Shown here: piece by piece, positions 16,298-24,562 of the stretch
Numbering within the stretch: the first letter of the stretch is position 1
How the letters are laid out: each line of letters starts with the position of its first letter
Assembly (NCBI GenBank): GCA_038320275.1
Contig: JBBQEB010000046.1
Location: forward strand, 1 to 24,562
Reading direction: 5' to 3'
From: Myxococcales bacterium
Lineage (GTDB): Bacteria; Myxococcota; Myxococcia; Myxococcales; Anaeromyxobacteraceae
Length of the DNA stretch: 24,562 nucleotides
The notes under the pieces: generated by a model
Database searches by the model: none
The model's input: the letters and a program-made list of their open reading frames with translations, nothing else
Told to the model about the DNA's origin: nothing
Made by a program: the position numbers and the translations under genes

Positions 16298-17890
16298 GTG
16301 ATCTCGCCAAGCGACCGTGCGGTGGATGCCCTTCCTCCACACCTGCAGCGGTGGGTGGTGCCGCAGAACTACGGCGCCTACACCCCGCGCGACCACGCGG
16401 TGTGGCGTCACATCCTCCGCCGGCTGGTGCGTCACCTCGCGTCGCGCGCCCACCCTTCCTATCTGAGGGGCCTGCAGGCGGCGGGCATCGGCACGGAGCG
16501 CATCCCGAGCATGGACGAAATGAACGAGCGGCTGGGCAGGCTGGGCTGGTCGGCGGTCCCGGTGAGAGGCTTCATCCCGCCTGCCGTCTTCACCGAGCTG
16601 CAGTCGCTGCGCGTGCTCGCCATCGCATCGGACATCCGCAGCCACGAGCACGTCGAGTACACGCCTGCTCCCGACATCGTGCACGAGAGCGCGGGGCACG
16701 CGCCGATCCTGGCCGACCCGGCCTACGCCGCGTTCTTGCAACGGGCGGGCGAGTTGGGCTTTCGCGCCATCGCGAGCGCCGAGGACGAGGACGTATACGA
16801 CGCCATCCGGGCCCTCTCCATCGCCAAGGAGGATCCAGGCGCCACGCCTGCGGAGGTGGACGCGGCCGAGGCGCGTCTGGAGCGAGCGAGCGCATCGCGC
16901 CACTCCGTGTCGGAGGCCACCCGGGCTTCGCGGCTCTACTGGTGGACGGCGGAGTACGGGCTCGTGGGGTCGCTCGACGCGCCCCGCATCTACGGGGCCG
17001 GGCTGCTCTCGTCCATCGGCGAGAGCACGCACTGCCTCTCGCCCAAGGTGGAGCGGCTGCCGCTCGACGCGGGCGCCGCCGAGGTGGAGTACGACATCAC
17101 CCGGATGCAGCCGCAGCTCTTCGTCGCGCGCGAATTCGACCAGCTCACCGAGGTGGTGCAAGACCTCGCGCGGACCCTCTCCTGGCGACGCGGCGGCGAT
17201 CACGGGCTGGAGCAGGCGCGGGCGGCGCGCACGGTGAACCACCTCGGCCTCGCGGACGGCACCGAGCTGACCGGTGTCGTCGATGCGCTGTACCGCGGCC
17301 CGCGCCCCGCTGCTCCGGGCCTCGGCACGGCGCTCGCCCTCGTGCGCGGCCCGGTCCTGCGCTCGCGCCTGGGCAAGGCCTTCGGGCCTCCGGTGCAGCT
17401 CCCTGCCGTGCTGGCGTTTGGAGCCGCCCGCGTGCCTCGGGAGGGCTCGTTCTGCCTCTCCTTTCGCAGCGGGCTCGCGCTCTCGGGCCGGGTGACGGAC
17501 GGCCTGGCAACCGAGCTTCGAGCCTCCTTCGGCTCCGCCGAGCTCGACGTCCCGTCGCGGGCCATTCTCGTCTCCAGCCCCTCGCTGCCCTCGGTGGCCG
17601 GGGGCCCCGCCGATCCGGCCGCCTGGGACATCGCCTTCGGGCACACCCAGACGGCAGGTGAAGGCGAGAGGCGAGCCCTCGCCAACCGGGCGAGAGCGCT
17701 CTCGCCGCACGTGGCGGAGCTCTATCGGGAGGTGCGCTCGCTGCGGGAGTCCGGGCGAATCGACGCCGGCCGGGTGGCCGCGCTCCGGGGGGATGCGCGC
17801 CGCTGCACCGGCGAGTGGCTTCTCCGGAACGAGGTGGAGGAGCTCGCGGGCGCACTCGCGGTGGAGCAGCCGGAACAGCAGAGCGCCTGA
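16298..17890 (+). CDS. phhA: Pterin-dependent aromatic amino-acid hydroxylase (long-form phenylalanine 4-hydroxylase)
   Basis: YTPRDHAVWR, YTPAPDIVHESAGHAP (two Fe-binding His), YWWTAEYGL (Glu ligand), IYGAGLLSSIGE and YDITRMQPQLFV. GTG 16298 preferred over TTG 16253. Confidence 0.88.
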   Translation: MISPSDRAVDALPPHLQRWVVPQNYGAYTPRDHAVWRHILRRLVRHLASRAHPSYLRGLQAAGIGTERIPSMDEMNERLGRLGWSAVPVRGFIPPAVFTELQSLRVLAIASDIRSHEHVEYTPAPDIVHESAGHAPILADPAYAAFLQRAGELGFRAIASAEDEDVYDAIRALSIAKEDPGATPAEVDAAEARLERASASRHSVSEATRASRLYWWTAEYGLVGSLDAPRIYGAGLLSSIGESTHCLSPKVERLPLDAGAAEVEYDITRMQPQLFVAREFDQLTEVVQDLARTLSWRRGGDHGLEQARAARTVNHLGLADGTELTGVVDALYRGPRPAAPGLGTALALVRGPVLRSRLGKAFGPPVQLPAVLAFGAARVPREGSFCLSFRSGLALSGRVTDGLATELRASFGSAELDVPSRAILVSSPSLPSVAGGPADPAAWDIAFGHTQTAGEGERRALANRARALSPHVAELYREVRSLRESGRIDAGRVAALRGDARRCTGEWLLRNEVEELAGALAVEQPEQQSA

Positions 17891-17985
17891 GCCGCATCGC
17901 GGCGGGCGCCGAGGCGCGGTCGTGCTCCAGCGCGGCGGTCTCTCTCGCCCGGCACGGCGCCTTCCCTTCGGCTATCGTGTCCGCC

Positions 17986-19467
17986 ATGCGGCGCGCACCG
18001 TCCCCCGCGAGGCTTGCCCTGGCCCTCGCGGCGCTGGCGATCGCGCTCGCCTGCAGAGGCGGAGACCGCCCGGGCTCGCGCAGGCCGAAGCTGGAGCCCT
18101 GCCAGCTCGCCCACCCCAGCGCGGCGGTGCGGGTCGAGGCCCGTTGCGGCACGGTGGAAGTACCCGAGTCCTGGGACGCGCCCGAAGGACGGCGCATCGC
18201 GCTCCGGGTGGCGGTGCTGGAGGCGGAGGGGCGGGGGGCGGCTCCGGACGCGGTCTTCTTCCTCGCCGGCGGGCCGGGCCAGGCCATCACCGAGCAGTAC
18301 CCCGCGGTCGCGGCGGCCTACGAGCGGCTCCGCCGGACGCGCGACGTGGTGCTGGTGGACCAGCGCGGCACCGGCGGCTCGGGCCGGCTCGCGTGCCCGC
18401 GCACCGGCTCGGCGGCGGGCGCGCTCACCCGCACCGACGCGGAGGAGCTCGCGGAGCTCGAGGCGTGCGCGCGCTCACTCCCGGGCGATCCCCGCGCGTA
18501 CACCACCGCCGCCTTCGCGCGCGACCTCGACCACGTCCGCGAGCGGCTGGGCTATGCCCAGGTGAACCTCATCGGCGTCTCCTACGGCACCCGCGCCGCG
18601 CTCGCCTATCTGCGCGCCTTTCCAGGGCGCGTCCGGTCGCTGGTGCTGGATGGCGTCGTGCCGCCGCAGATGGTGGTGGGCAGCTCCTTCGCGCGGGACG
18701 GGCAGCGCGCGCTCGACCTCGACCTCGCCCGCTGCGCCTCGAACGCGGTCTGCGGCCCGCGCTTCCCCGGACTGGCGCAGGACCTCCCGGCCATCCTGGC
18801 GCGGCTGGAGCGCGCCCCGGCGCGCCTCTCGGTGAAGGACCCGGTGACCGGCGTGCAGCGCGAGGTGACGCTGGACGCCGCCGACTTGCGGCGAATGGTG
18901 CACCTCTTCACCTACATGCCCGAAACCGTGGCGCTGCTCCCGGTGCTCCTGCACGGCGCGGCCGCCGGCGACCTGACCACCCTCGCAGCCCAGGGGCTCC
19001 TGGTGGCGGACGACGTCGAGTCGGGGCTCTCGCGCCCGCTGCAGCTCAGCGTGCTGTGCGCGGAGGACGTGCCCTTCTATCCCGCGGCTCCGGCCGGCGG
19101 CGCGCAGAGCTACCTCGGCGACACGGTGACGCGCACCTTCCGGGGAGCGTGCCGGGTGTGGCCGCACGCGGAGGTGGCCGCGAGCGAGAAGGAGCCCGTG
19201 CGCTCCGAGGTGCCCGCGCTGCTCCTCTCCGGCGAGGCCGACCCGGTCACGCCTCCCTCCTGGGCGGCGCTCGCGGCGGAGGGGCTCCCCCGCGCGCGCT
19301 CGGTGGTCCTCCCGGGCGGCGGGCACGGCTCGCTGATGCGGGGATGCGTGCCGCGGCTCGTCGCCCGCTTCATCGAGAGCGGCAGCGCCGAGGGGCTCGA
19401 CGCGAGCTGCGCGGAGCGGAGCAGCCCCGCGCCCTTCTTCCTCGACCTGATGGGGCCAGGACCGTGA
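17986..19467 (+). CDS. Alpha/beta-hydrolase lipoprotein, TAP-like (S33) peptidase
   Basis: Lipobox-like LAIALAC, FLAGGPG, DQRGTG, GVSYGT nucleophile, GEADPVTP (Asp) and GGGH (His). Start at ATG 17986. Confidence 0.88.
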   Translation: MRRAPSPARLALALAALAIALACRGGDRPGSRRPKLEPCQLAHPSAAVRVEARCGTVEVPESWDAPEGRRIALRVAVLEAEGRGAAPDAVFFLAGGPGQAITEQYPAVAAAYERLRRTRDVVLVDQRGTGGSGRLACPRTGSAAGALTRTDAEELAELEACARSLPGDPRAYTTAAFARDLDHVRERLGYAQVNLIGVSYGTRAALAYLRAFPGRVRSLVLDGVVPPQMVVGSSFARDGQRALDLDLARCASNAVCGPRFPGLAQDLPAILARLERAPARLSVKDPVTGVQREVTLDAADLRRMVHLFTYMPETVALLPVLLHGAAAGDLTTLAAQGLLVADDVESGLSRPLQLSVLCAEDVPFYPAAPAGGAQSYLGDTVTRTFRGACRVWPHAEVAASEKEPVRSEVPALLLSGEADPVTPPSWAALAAEGLPRARSVVLPGGGHGSLMRGCVPRLVARFIESGSAEGLDASCAERSSPAPFFLDLMGPGP

Positions 19468-20195
19468 TCGAGCTCGACGCCGTCTTCAAGAGCTTCGGGA
19501 AGGTGCGCGCGCTGGACGGCGTCTCGTTCCGCGTGCCCGACGGCCGGATCACCGGGCTGCTCGGGCCGAACGGCGCCGGCAAGACGACCGCGCTGCGGGT
19601 GATCTACGGCGTGCTGGAGCCCGACAGCGGCCGGGCGACGGTGGACGGGCACGACGCGACCCGCGACCGCGCCGCGGCCCAGCGGCGGCTCGGGGTGCTG
19701 CCCCACGCGCACGGCCTCTACCCGCGGCTCACTGCACGCGAGCACCTCGCCTACTTCGGACGTCTGCACGGGCTCGACGGCCCGGCGCTCGACCGCCGCG
19801 TGGAAGAGTTGGTGGAGGAGCTCGGGCTGAAGGACTTCGCCGACCGCCGCACCGACGGCTTCTCGCAAGGCCAGCGGCTCAAGGTGGCGCTGGCGCGCGC
19901 GCTCGTGCACGCGCCGCGGAACGTGGTCTTCGACGAGCCCACCAGCGGCCTCGACGTGGCCGGTACGCGCGCGGTGCGCGCGCTGCTGCGCCGGCTGCGC
20001 GACGAGGGGCGCTGCGTGCTCTTCTCGTCGCACATCATGCAGGAGGTCTCGGCCCTCTGCGACGAGGTGGTGGTCATCGCCGGCGGCAAGGTGGTGGCGT
20101 CCGGTTCGCCCGACGCGCTCCGGGAGGCCACCGGAAAGGATTCCCTGGAGGACGCCTTCGTGGCCGCCATCGGCTCGGAAGAGGGGCTGGCATGA
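19464..20195 (+). CDS. ABC transporter ATP-binding protein (NatA-like)
   Basis: GPNGAGKTT, FSQGQ signature, VVFDEPTSGLD and SSH. GTG start overlaps the hydrolase stop (GTGA). Confidence 0.93.
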   Translation: MIELDAVFKSFGKVRALDGVSFRVPDGRITGLLGPNGAGKTTALRVIYGVLEPDSGRATVDGHDATRDRAAAQRRLGVLPHAHGLYPRLTAREHLAYFGRLHGLDGPALDRRVEELVEELGLKDFADRRTDGFSQGQRLKVALARALVHAPRNVVFDEPTSGLDVAGTRAVRALLRRLRDEGRCVLFSSHIMQEVSALCDEVVVIAGGKVVASGSPDALREATGKDSLEDAFVAAIGSEEGLA

Positions 20196-21367
20196 GCCAC
20201 CCGGCACTGGTCGTGCTGCAGAAGGAGGTGCGCGACAACCTCCGCGACCGGCGCGCGGTCACCATGGCCCTCTTCTTCCCCCTCCTCGGCCCGGTCGTGC
20301 TCGCCATGACGCTCACGCTGGTGTCGAAGCAGCAGCGAGGCTCGGAGGAGAAGCCGCTCGCGCTCTCCGTCGCCGGACGGGAGCACGCGCCCAACCTCGT
20401 CGCGTTCCTCCAGTCGGCGGGAGTGGTGTTGGAAGCAGCGCCCGCGGACCCCGAGCGCGCGGTCCGCGCCGGCGATCTCGACCTCGTGGTGGTGATCCCG
20501 CCCGAGTTCGGGGAGCGGCTCCGCGCCGGCCGGCCCGCGCCGGTACGGCTCGTCATCGACGACTCGCGGCAGTCGGCCCACGCGGCGACCGGGCGCGCCC
20601 GCCGCCTGCTGGAGGGCTACGGCCATCAGCTCGGGATGCAGCGGCTCCTCGCGCGCGGCGTGTCGCCCGCGCTCACCGAGGGCGTCGCCCTGGAGACGGT
20701 GGACCTCGCCACTCCGGAGAGCCGCGCGGCGCTCCTGCTCGCGCTCCTCCCCTACTTCGTCATCCTGGCGGTGTTCGTGGGCGGCATGTACATCGCCATC
20801 GACGCGACCGCCGGAGAGCGCGAGCGGCAGTCGCTCGAGCCCTTGCTCCTCAACCCCGTCCCGCGCTGGTGCCACGTTGCCGCCAAGGTGAGCGCGACCG
20901 CGCTCTTCGCCTCCGTCGCGCTGGGTGAGACGCTCATCGGCTTCGCGCTCGTCCCCCTCGTCCTGCCCATCGAGAGCCTCGGGTTCGTCATCCGGCTCGA
21001 CCCGGGGATGCTGGTGCGCGTCTTCCTCCTGGCGCTGCCGCTGGTGCTCCTCGTGAGCTCCCTGCAGATCGTCGTGGCGGCCCGCGCGCGCTCCTTCAAG
21101 GCGGCGCAGTCGAGCCTGTCCTTGCTCATGATGGTGCCGGTGCTGCCCGGGATGATGCTCGCCTTCGTGCCGGTGAAGCTGAAGCTCTGGATGGCGCTCG
21201 TCCCTACCCTGGGCGAGCAGCTCGTCGTCGCCCGGCTCCTGCGGGGTGAGGTGGTGCCCTTCCTCGCCGTGGCGCCGGTCATGGTCGGGACGGCGCTCTG
21301 GGCGGCGGTGCTCTTCGCGCTCGGCGTGCGGACGTTCCGGGGCGAGCGGATCGTCTTCGGCGCTTGA
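20192..21367 (+). CDS. ABC-2 type permease (NatB-like)
   Basis: KEVRDNLRDRR N-terminus, extracytoplasmic loop, AGERERQSLEPLLLNP and multiple TMs. ATGA overlap with the ATPase gene. Confidence 0.92.
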   Translation: MSHPALVVLQKEVRDNLRDRRAVTMALFFPLLGPVVLAMTLTLVSKQQRGSEEKPLALSVAGREHAPNLVAFLQSAGVVLEAAPADPERAVRAGDLDLVVVIPPEFGERLRAGRPAPVRLVIDDSRQSAHAATGRARRLLEGYGHQLGMQRLLARGVSPALTEGVALETVDLATPESRAALLLALLPYFVILAVFVGGMYIAIDATAGERERQSLEPLLLNPVPRWCHVAAKVSATALFASVALGETLIGFALVPLVLPIESLGFVIRLDPGMLVRVFLLALPLVLLVSSLQIVVAARARSFKAAQSSLSLLMMVPVLPGMMLAFVPVKLKLWMALVPTLGEQLVVARLLRGEVVPFLAVAPVMVGTALWAAVLFALGVRTFRGERIVFGA

Positions 21368-21405
21368 GGTTTGCGCCGGGAGCGCGCAGGCACCATCAAG
21401 GGAAG

Positions 21406-21951
21406 ATGGACCGGATTCCCGAGGACGTGGCGAAGCTCACCGTGCTCGACCCCGAGGGTGGCCCGCCGCGGCGCCTGGAGGAGCTCTGGTCCGGACGGAC
21501 GGCGGTGCTCGCCTTCGTGCGCCACTTCGGCTGACTCTTCTGCCGCGAGGCCGTGGTGCAGTTGCACCGCGAGATGGGCACCCTGCACGCGCGCGGCGCG
21601 GAGCTCGTCGTCATCGGCAACGGAGCTCCCCACTTCGCGCGGGCGTTCCGGGAGGATCTGAAGCTCGAGAGCCCGCTCTACGTCGACCCGTCGCTCGCCA
21701 CCTACCGGGCGCTGGGGCTGCGCCGTGGGATTGCGGCGACGCTCTTCAATCGGAGGACCCTCCCCAACGCGCTGCGCGCGCTGCGCGCAGGGTTCCGGCA
21801 GGGCCGCACGCAGGGCGACCCCTGGCAGCAGGGAGGCGTGCTGGTGGTCCGGCCGGACGGAACGGTGGCGTATCGGTTCGTGAGCGAGGCCGCGGGCGAG
21901 CAGGCGCCGCTGGGCGAGGTGCTCCTCGCGCTCGCCCCGCGCGCCGCGTAG
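21406..21951 (+). CDS. AhpC/TSA-like (peroxiredoxin-like 2/SelU-related) thioredoxin-fold selenoprotein, 181 aa, Sec at codon 43
   Basis: ATG 21406 gives MDRIPEDVAKLTVLDPEGG...WSGRTAVLAFVRHFG-TGA(21532-21534)-LFCREAVVQL, continuing in frame into ORF 21553..21951 (LVVIGNG, LYVDPSLATYRALGL, QGDPWQQGGVLVV). The TGA sits at the first Cys of the family's RHxGCxxC motif. Confidence 0.88.
21552..21571 (+). promoter_or_regulatory. Candidate bacterial SECIS element
   Basis: Stem CGTGGTGC / GCACCGCG (8 bp, one G-U) with loop AGTT, 25 nt after the UGA, G at loop position 2. Confidence 0.75.
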
Positions 21952-21995
21952 GCTCGAGCCCGCGACCTCCGGGTCGGCCACGGCCCCCGCCGCGG

Positions 21996-23132
21996 CTACC
22001 CCAGCGTCTTCCGGAACCTCGCCGTGGCGAGCCCCAGGATCCCCGCCCCGAAGAGGAGCAGCACCGCGAGCTGCACCCACAACTCCGCCAGCCCCGACCC
22101 GCGCAGGAGGACGCCGCGCATCAGCTCGCCGTAAAAGCGGAGAGGGTTCGCCCAGGTCGCGGCGCGCAGCCAGGGCGGCATCGCGCGGATCGGCGTCATG
22201 ATCCCGGAGAGGAGCGACGCGGGGATGATGAAGAGGACGCCGCCCAGGAACGACTGCTGCTGCGTGGACGAGACCGTCGAGATGAAGAGCCCCATGCCGA
22301 GGGTGGAGCAGAGGTAGAGCAGGGACCCGAGCGCCAGCACCGTGAGTGGCCCCCGCACCGGCACCCCGAAGATCCAGGTCATGGCGGTGAGGGCGAGCAG
22401 CACGTCGAAGAGGCCGATCACCACGAACGGCGTCATCTTGCCCGCGAGGAGCACGACCGGGCGGATCGGCGTGACGAGCACCTGTTCCAGCGTGCCCTGC
22501 TCGCGCTCGCGGGCGAGGCCCATAGCGGTGACGATGGTCGTCACCACCACGAGCAGCATCGCCATGATCCCGGGCACGATGTAGAGCGAGGTCCGGAGGC
22601 GCGGGTTGTAGAGGACGCGCGGCGCGAGGACGACCGACGGCGCGCGCAGGCCCGCCGCCCGCAGGCGCGCGGCCGCGCCCTCCTGGGCTGCCTCGGCGAA
22701 GAAGCGGGTCGCGGCGCTGGCGGCCGCCGTGGCGCGCACCGGGTCGGCGCCGTTCACGAGCACCTGCACGCGCGCGAGACGGCCGGCCTGGAGGTCGGCG
22801 CCGAACCCCGGCGGCACGACGAGCGCCAGCGCGGCCCGGTCGTCATCGAGGAACTGGTCAGCCTCCTCGGCGGACCGCGCGGCCACCGCGGCGCGCAGCG
22901 TCCCGTCCGCGAGGAGCCGCCGGAGGTGCTCGCGGCTGCCGCTGCTGCGATCGAGGTCCGCGACGGCCGTGGGCAGGTCGTCGACGTCGAAGTTCGCCGC
23001 GAACCCGAACACGACGAGCTGGATGAGGGGCGCGGCGACGAGCATGAAGATCACGCGCCGATCGCGCAGCGTCTGCCGCACCTCCTTGCGCAGCACCGCG
23101 CGGTACTGGATGGCGAGCGGCGAAGGGCTCAC
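21996..23132 (-). CDS. ABC-2 type permease (YbhR-like)
   Basis: RKEVRQTLRDRR, YNPRL...YIVPG, AREREQGTLEQVLVTP and LSGIMTPIRAMP. GTG 23132 overlaps the upstream stop. Confidence 0.92.
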   Translation of the reverse strand: MSPSPLAIQYRAVLRKEVRQTLRDRRVIFMLVAAPLIQLVVFGFAANFDVDDLPTAVADLDRSSGSREHLRRLLADGTLRAAVAARSAEEADQFLDDDRAALALVVPPGFGADLQAGRLARVQVLVNGADPVRATAAASAATRFFAEAAQEGAAARLRAAGLRAPSVVLAPRVLYNPRLRTSLYIVPGIMAMLLVVVTTIVTAMGLAREREQGTLEQVLVTPIRPVVLLAGKMTPFVVIGLFDVLLALTAMTWIFGVPVRGPLTVLALGSLLYLCSTLGMGLFISTVSSTQQQSFLGGVLFIIPASLLSGIMTPIRAMPPWLRAATWANPLRFYGELMRGVLLRGSGLAELWVQLAVLLLFGAGILGLATARFRKTLG

Positions 23133-24304
23133 GCCACCCTCCGCTCGAACCGGGCCGTGGCGACCGCCAGCACCACCGCGGCGAAAGCCGTCATCGCGAG
23201 GAGGTCGGGCCAGAGGACGCGGAGGCCCGTGCCCTGCAGCAGGATCCCGCGCAGAGCGTGCACGAGGTAGCGCGCCGGGATCGCCGCCGAGAGCGCGCGC
23301 AGCGCCGCGGGCATGTTCTCCACCGGGAAGAACGCCCCCGAGAGGATGAGCGAGGGGATGAAGGCCGAGAGCGTCCCCGCCTGCGTGGCGACGAGCTGGT
23401 TCTTCGTGAGGACGGAGATGAGGAGCCCCTGCCCGAGCATGCCCACCAGGAAGACGAGGCCGAAGAGCACGAGCAGCGCGGCGCTCCCCCGCATTGGAAC
23501 GTCGAAGGCGACTACCCCCACGAGCACGACGAGGAGGAGCTGGGCGAGGCCGAGGCCCAGGTAGGGCAGAAGCTTCCCCGCGATCACCTCGAAGCGCCCC
23601 ACCGGCGACGCGAAGAGCGCCTCCATCGAGCCGCGCTCCCACTCGCCGGCGATGGTGAGGGCGGTGAGGAGCACCGCGACGAGCGCCATGAGGAAGCCGG
23701 TGAGCCCGGGCACCATGAACACCGCCGAGCGGGCCTCGGGGTTGTAGCGGATCCAGGTGCGCGCCTCGAGGGGCGGCGAGACCCTCCCGCTTCCGCCTGC
23801 GGCGATGCCCGCGGCACCGGCGACGCCGGCGGCCGAGAGCTGGCGCAGCCCCTCCGCCCGCGCCAGCGCGTCCGCCTTCGCCGCGAGCGCGCTCGCCGTC
23901 GTCGGGTCGGCGCCGTCCACGAGCAGCTGCGCGCGACCCGTCCCGCCGCGGAGGAGGTCCCGGCCGTAGCCCGGCCGGACGACGAGGGCGGCCATGGCCT
24001 CGCCGCGCCGGAAGAGCTCGTCCGCGCGCTCCGGCCCGGTGCGCGCGACGAGCTCGAGCTCGCCCGCCGCGGTGAAGGCGCTCACGAGCGCCCGCGAGGC
24101 CGGGGTGCGGTCGCCGTCCGCCACCGCGAGTGGGACGCGCTCCAGGTCGAAGGAGACGCCGTAGCCGAAGATGACGAGGAGCGCGATGGGCATGACGAGC
24201 GCGAGGACGAGGGTGCGCGGGTCGCGGCGGATGTGCAGCACCTCCTTCGCCGCCATGGCCCAGACGCGCAGCGCGGCTCGGGCGGCCGGTCCGTGCCCGC
24301 TCAC
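23129..24304 (-). CDS. ABC-2 type permease (YbhS-like)
   Basis: KEVLHIRRDPRT, YNPEARSAVFMVPG, AGEWERGSMEALFASP and LSGAFFPVENMP. Confidence 0.92.
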   Translation of the reverse strand: MSGHGPAARAALRVWAMAAKEVLHIRRDPRTLVLALVMPIALLVIFGYGVSFDLERVPLAVADGDRTPASRALVSAFTAAGELELVARTGPERADELFRRGEAMAALVVRPGYGRDLLRGGTGRAQLLVDGADPTTASALAAKADALARAEGLRQLSAAGVAGAAGIAAGGSGRVSPPLEARTWIRYNPEARSAVFMVPGLTGFLMALVAVLLTALTIAGEWERGSMEALFASPVGRFEVIAGKLLPYLGLGLAQLLLVVLVGVVAFDVPMRGSAALLVLFGLVFLVGMLGQGLLISVLTKNQLVATQAGTLSAFIPSLILSGAFFPVENMPAALRALSAAIPARYLVHALRGILLQGTGLRVLWPDLLAMTAFAAVVLAVATARFERRVA

Positions 24305-24562
24305 GGGGTGGCCTCCGCGCCGCCGGCTGCTCCGGACGGCGCCGCGGTCCCCGCCCGGCCCACCACGGCCAGGAAGACGTCCTCCAGCGAGGGCTCGGAC
24401 GGCTCGACCTCCACCGCGGTGGCCCCGGCCTCGCGCAGCACGCGCGCGACCTCTCCCGCATCGAGCGCGCCCGGTGCGACGCGCACGTGCAGCGCGGCGC
24501 CGAAGGGCTCGACGGCGACGACGCCGTGGGCGGAGCGGAGGGACGGGGCCGCAGGGCCGAGG
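24301..24562 (-). CDS. C-terminal end of ABC transporter ATP-binding protein (YbhF-like), 5' part outside window
   Basis: Frame open to the window edge: ...VEPFGAALHVRV...EPSLEDVFLAVV, the typical ABC-2 ATPase C-terminus. Its stop overlaps the permease start. Confidence 0.8.
   Translation of the reverse strand, partial: LGPAAPSLRSAHGVVAVEPFGAALHVRVAPGALDAGEVARVLREAGATAVEVEPSEPSLEDVFLAVVGRAGTAAPSGAAGGAEATP

Noticed and set aside
21553..21951. 132-aa ORF as the complete gene, or the locus as a pseudogene
   Set aside because: It lacks the redox motif. The upstream frame is intact, the TGA falls exactly on the catalytic Cys position and a SECIS-like hairpin follows.
21950..21995. Short palindromes (GGCTCGAGCC, CGACC-TCCG-GGTCG) between convergent genes
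   Set aside because: Short stems without U-tract, expected by chance at this GC. A weak bidirectional terminator cannot be excluded.
1..24562. CRISPR arrays, tRNA/rRNA (including selC), IS elements or tandem repeats
   Set aside because: Intergenic gaps are short. By eye I found no regularly spaced repeats, cloverleaf with T-loop or transposase motifs.

Overview
Very GC-rich bacterial chromosomal segment. Gene content and style suggest Myxococcota/Anaeromyxobacter-like (inference). It holds about 24 tightly packed CDSs and no RNA gene, CRISPR array or mobile element that I can see. In order: a minus-strand peptidoglycan-recycling operon (ldcA, a cytoplasmic beta-lactamase-fold serine hydrolase, mpl cut by the window edge); acs; FKBP PPIase; a putative outer-membrane beta-barrel; YfcF-like GST; a Ski2/HelY-like DEAH helicase; a PQ-loop-like protein; DUF488; an AI-2E transporter; a HAD hydrolase; a small putative wHTH protein; ArfB; tdh-kbl; a long-form phenylalanine hydroxylase; a lipoprotein alpha/beta peptidase with a NatAB-like ABC exporter; and a convergent YbhFSR-like ABC-2 system. 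The main hidden feature is a gene the ORF track splits: a thioredoxin-fold AhpC/TSA-like selenoprotein (21406-21951) with an in-frame TGA in an RHFG-U-LF-C motif, followed by a hairpin that fits the bacterial SECIS model. Other points are a probable 1-nt frameshift at the kbl stop, an FNR-box-like palindrome, several apparently leaderless genes and a 77-nt convergent gene overlap.
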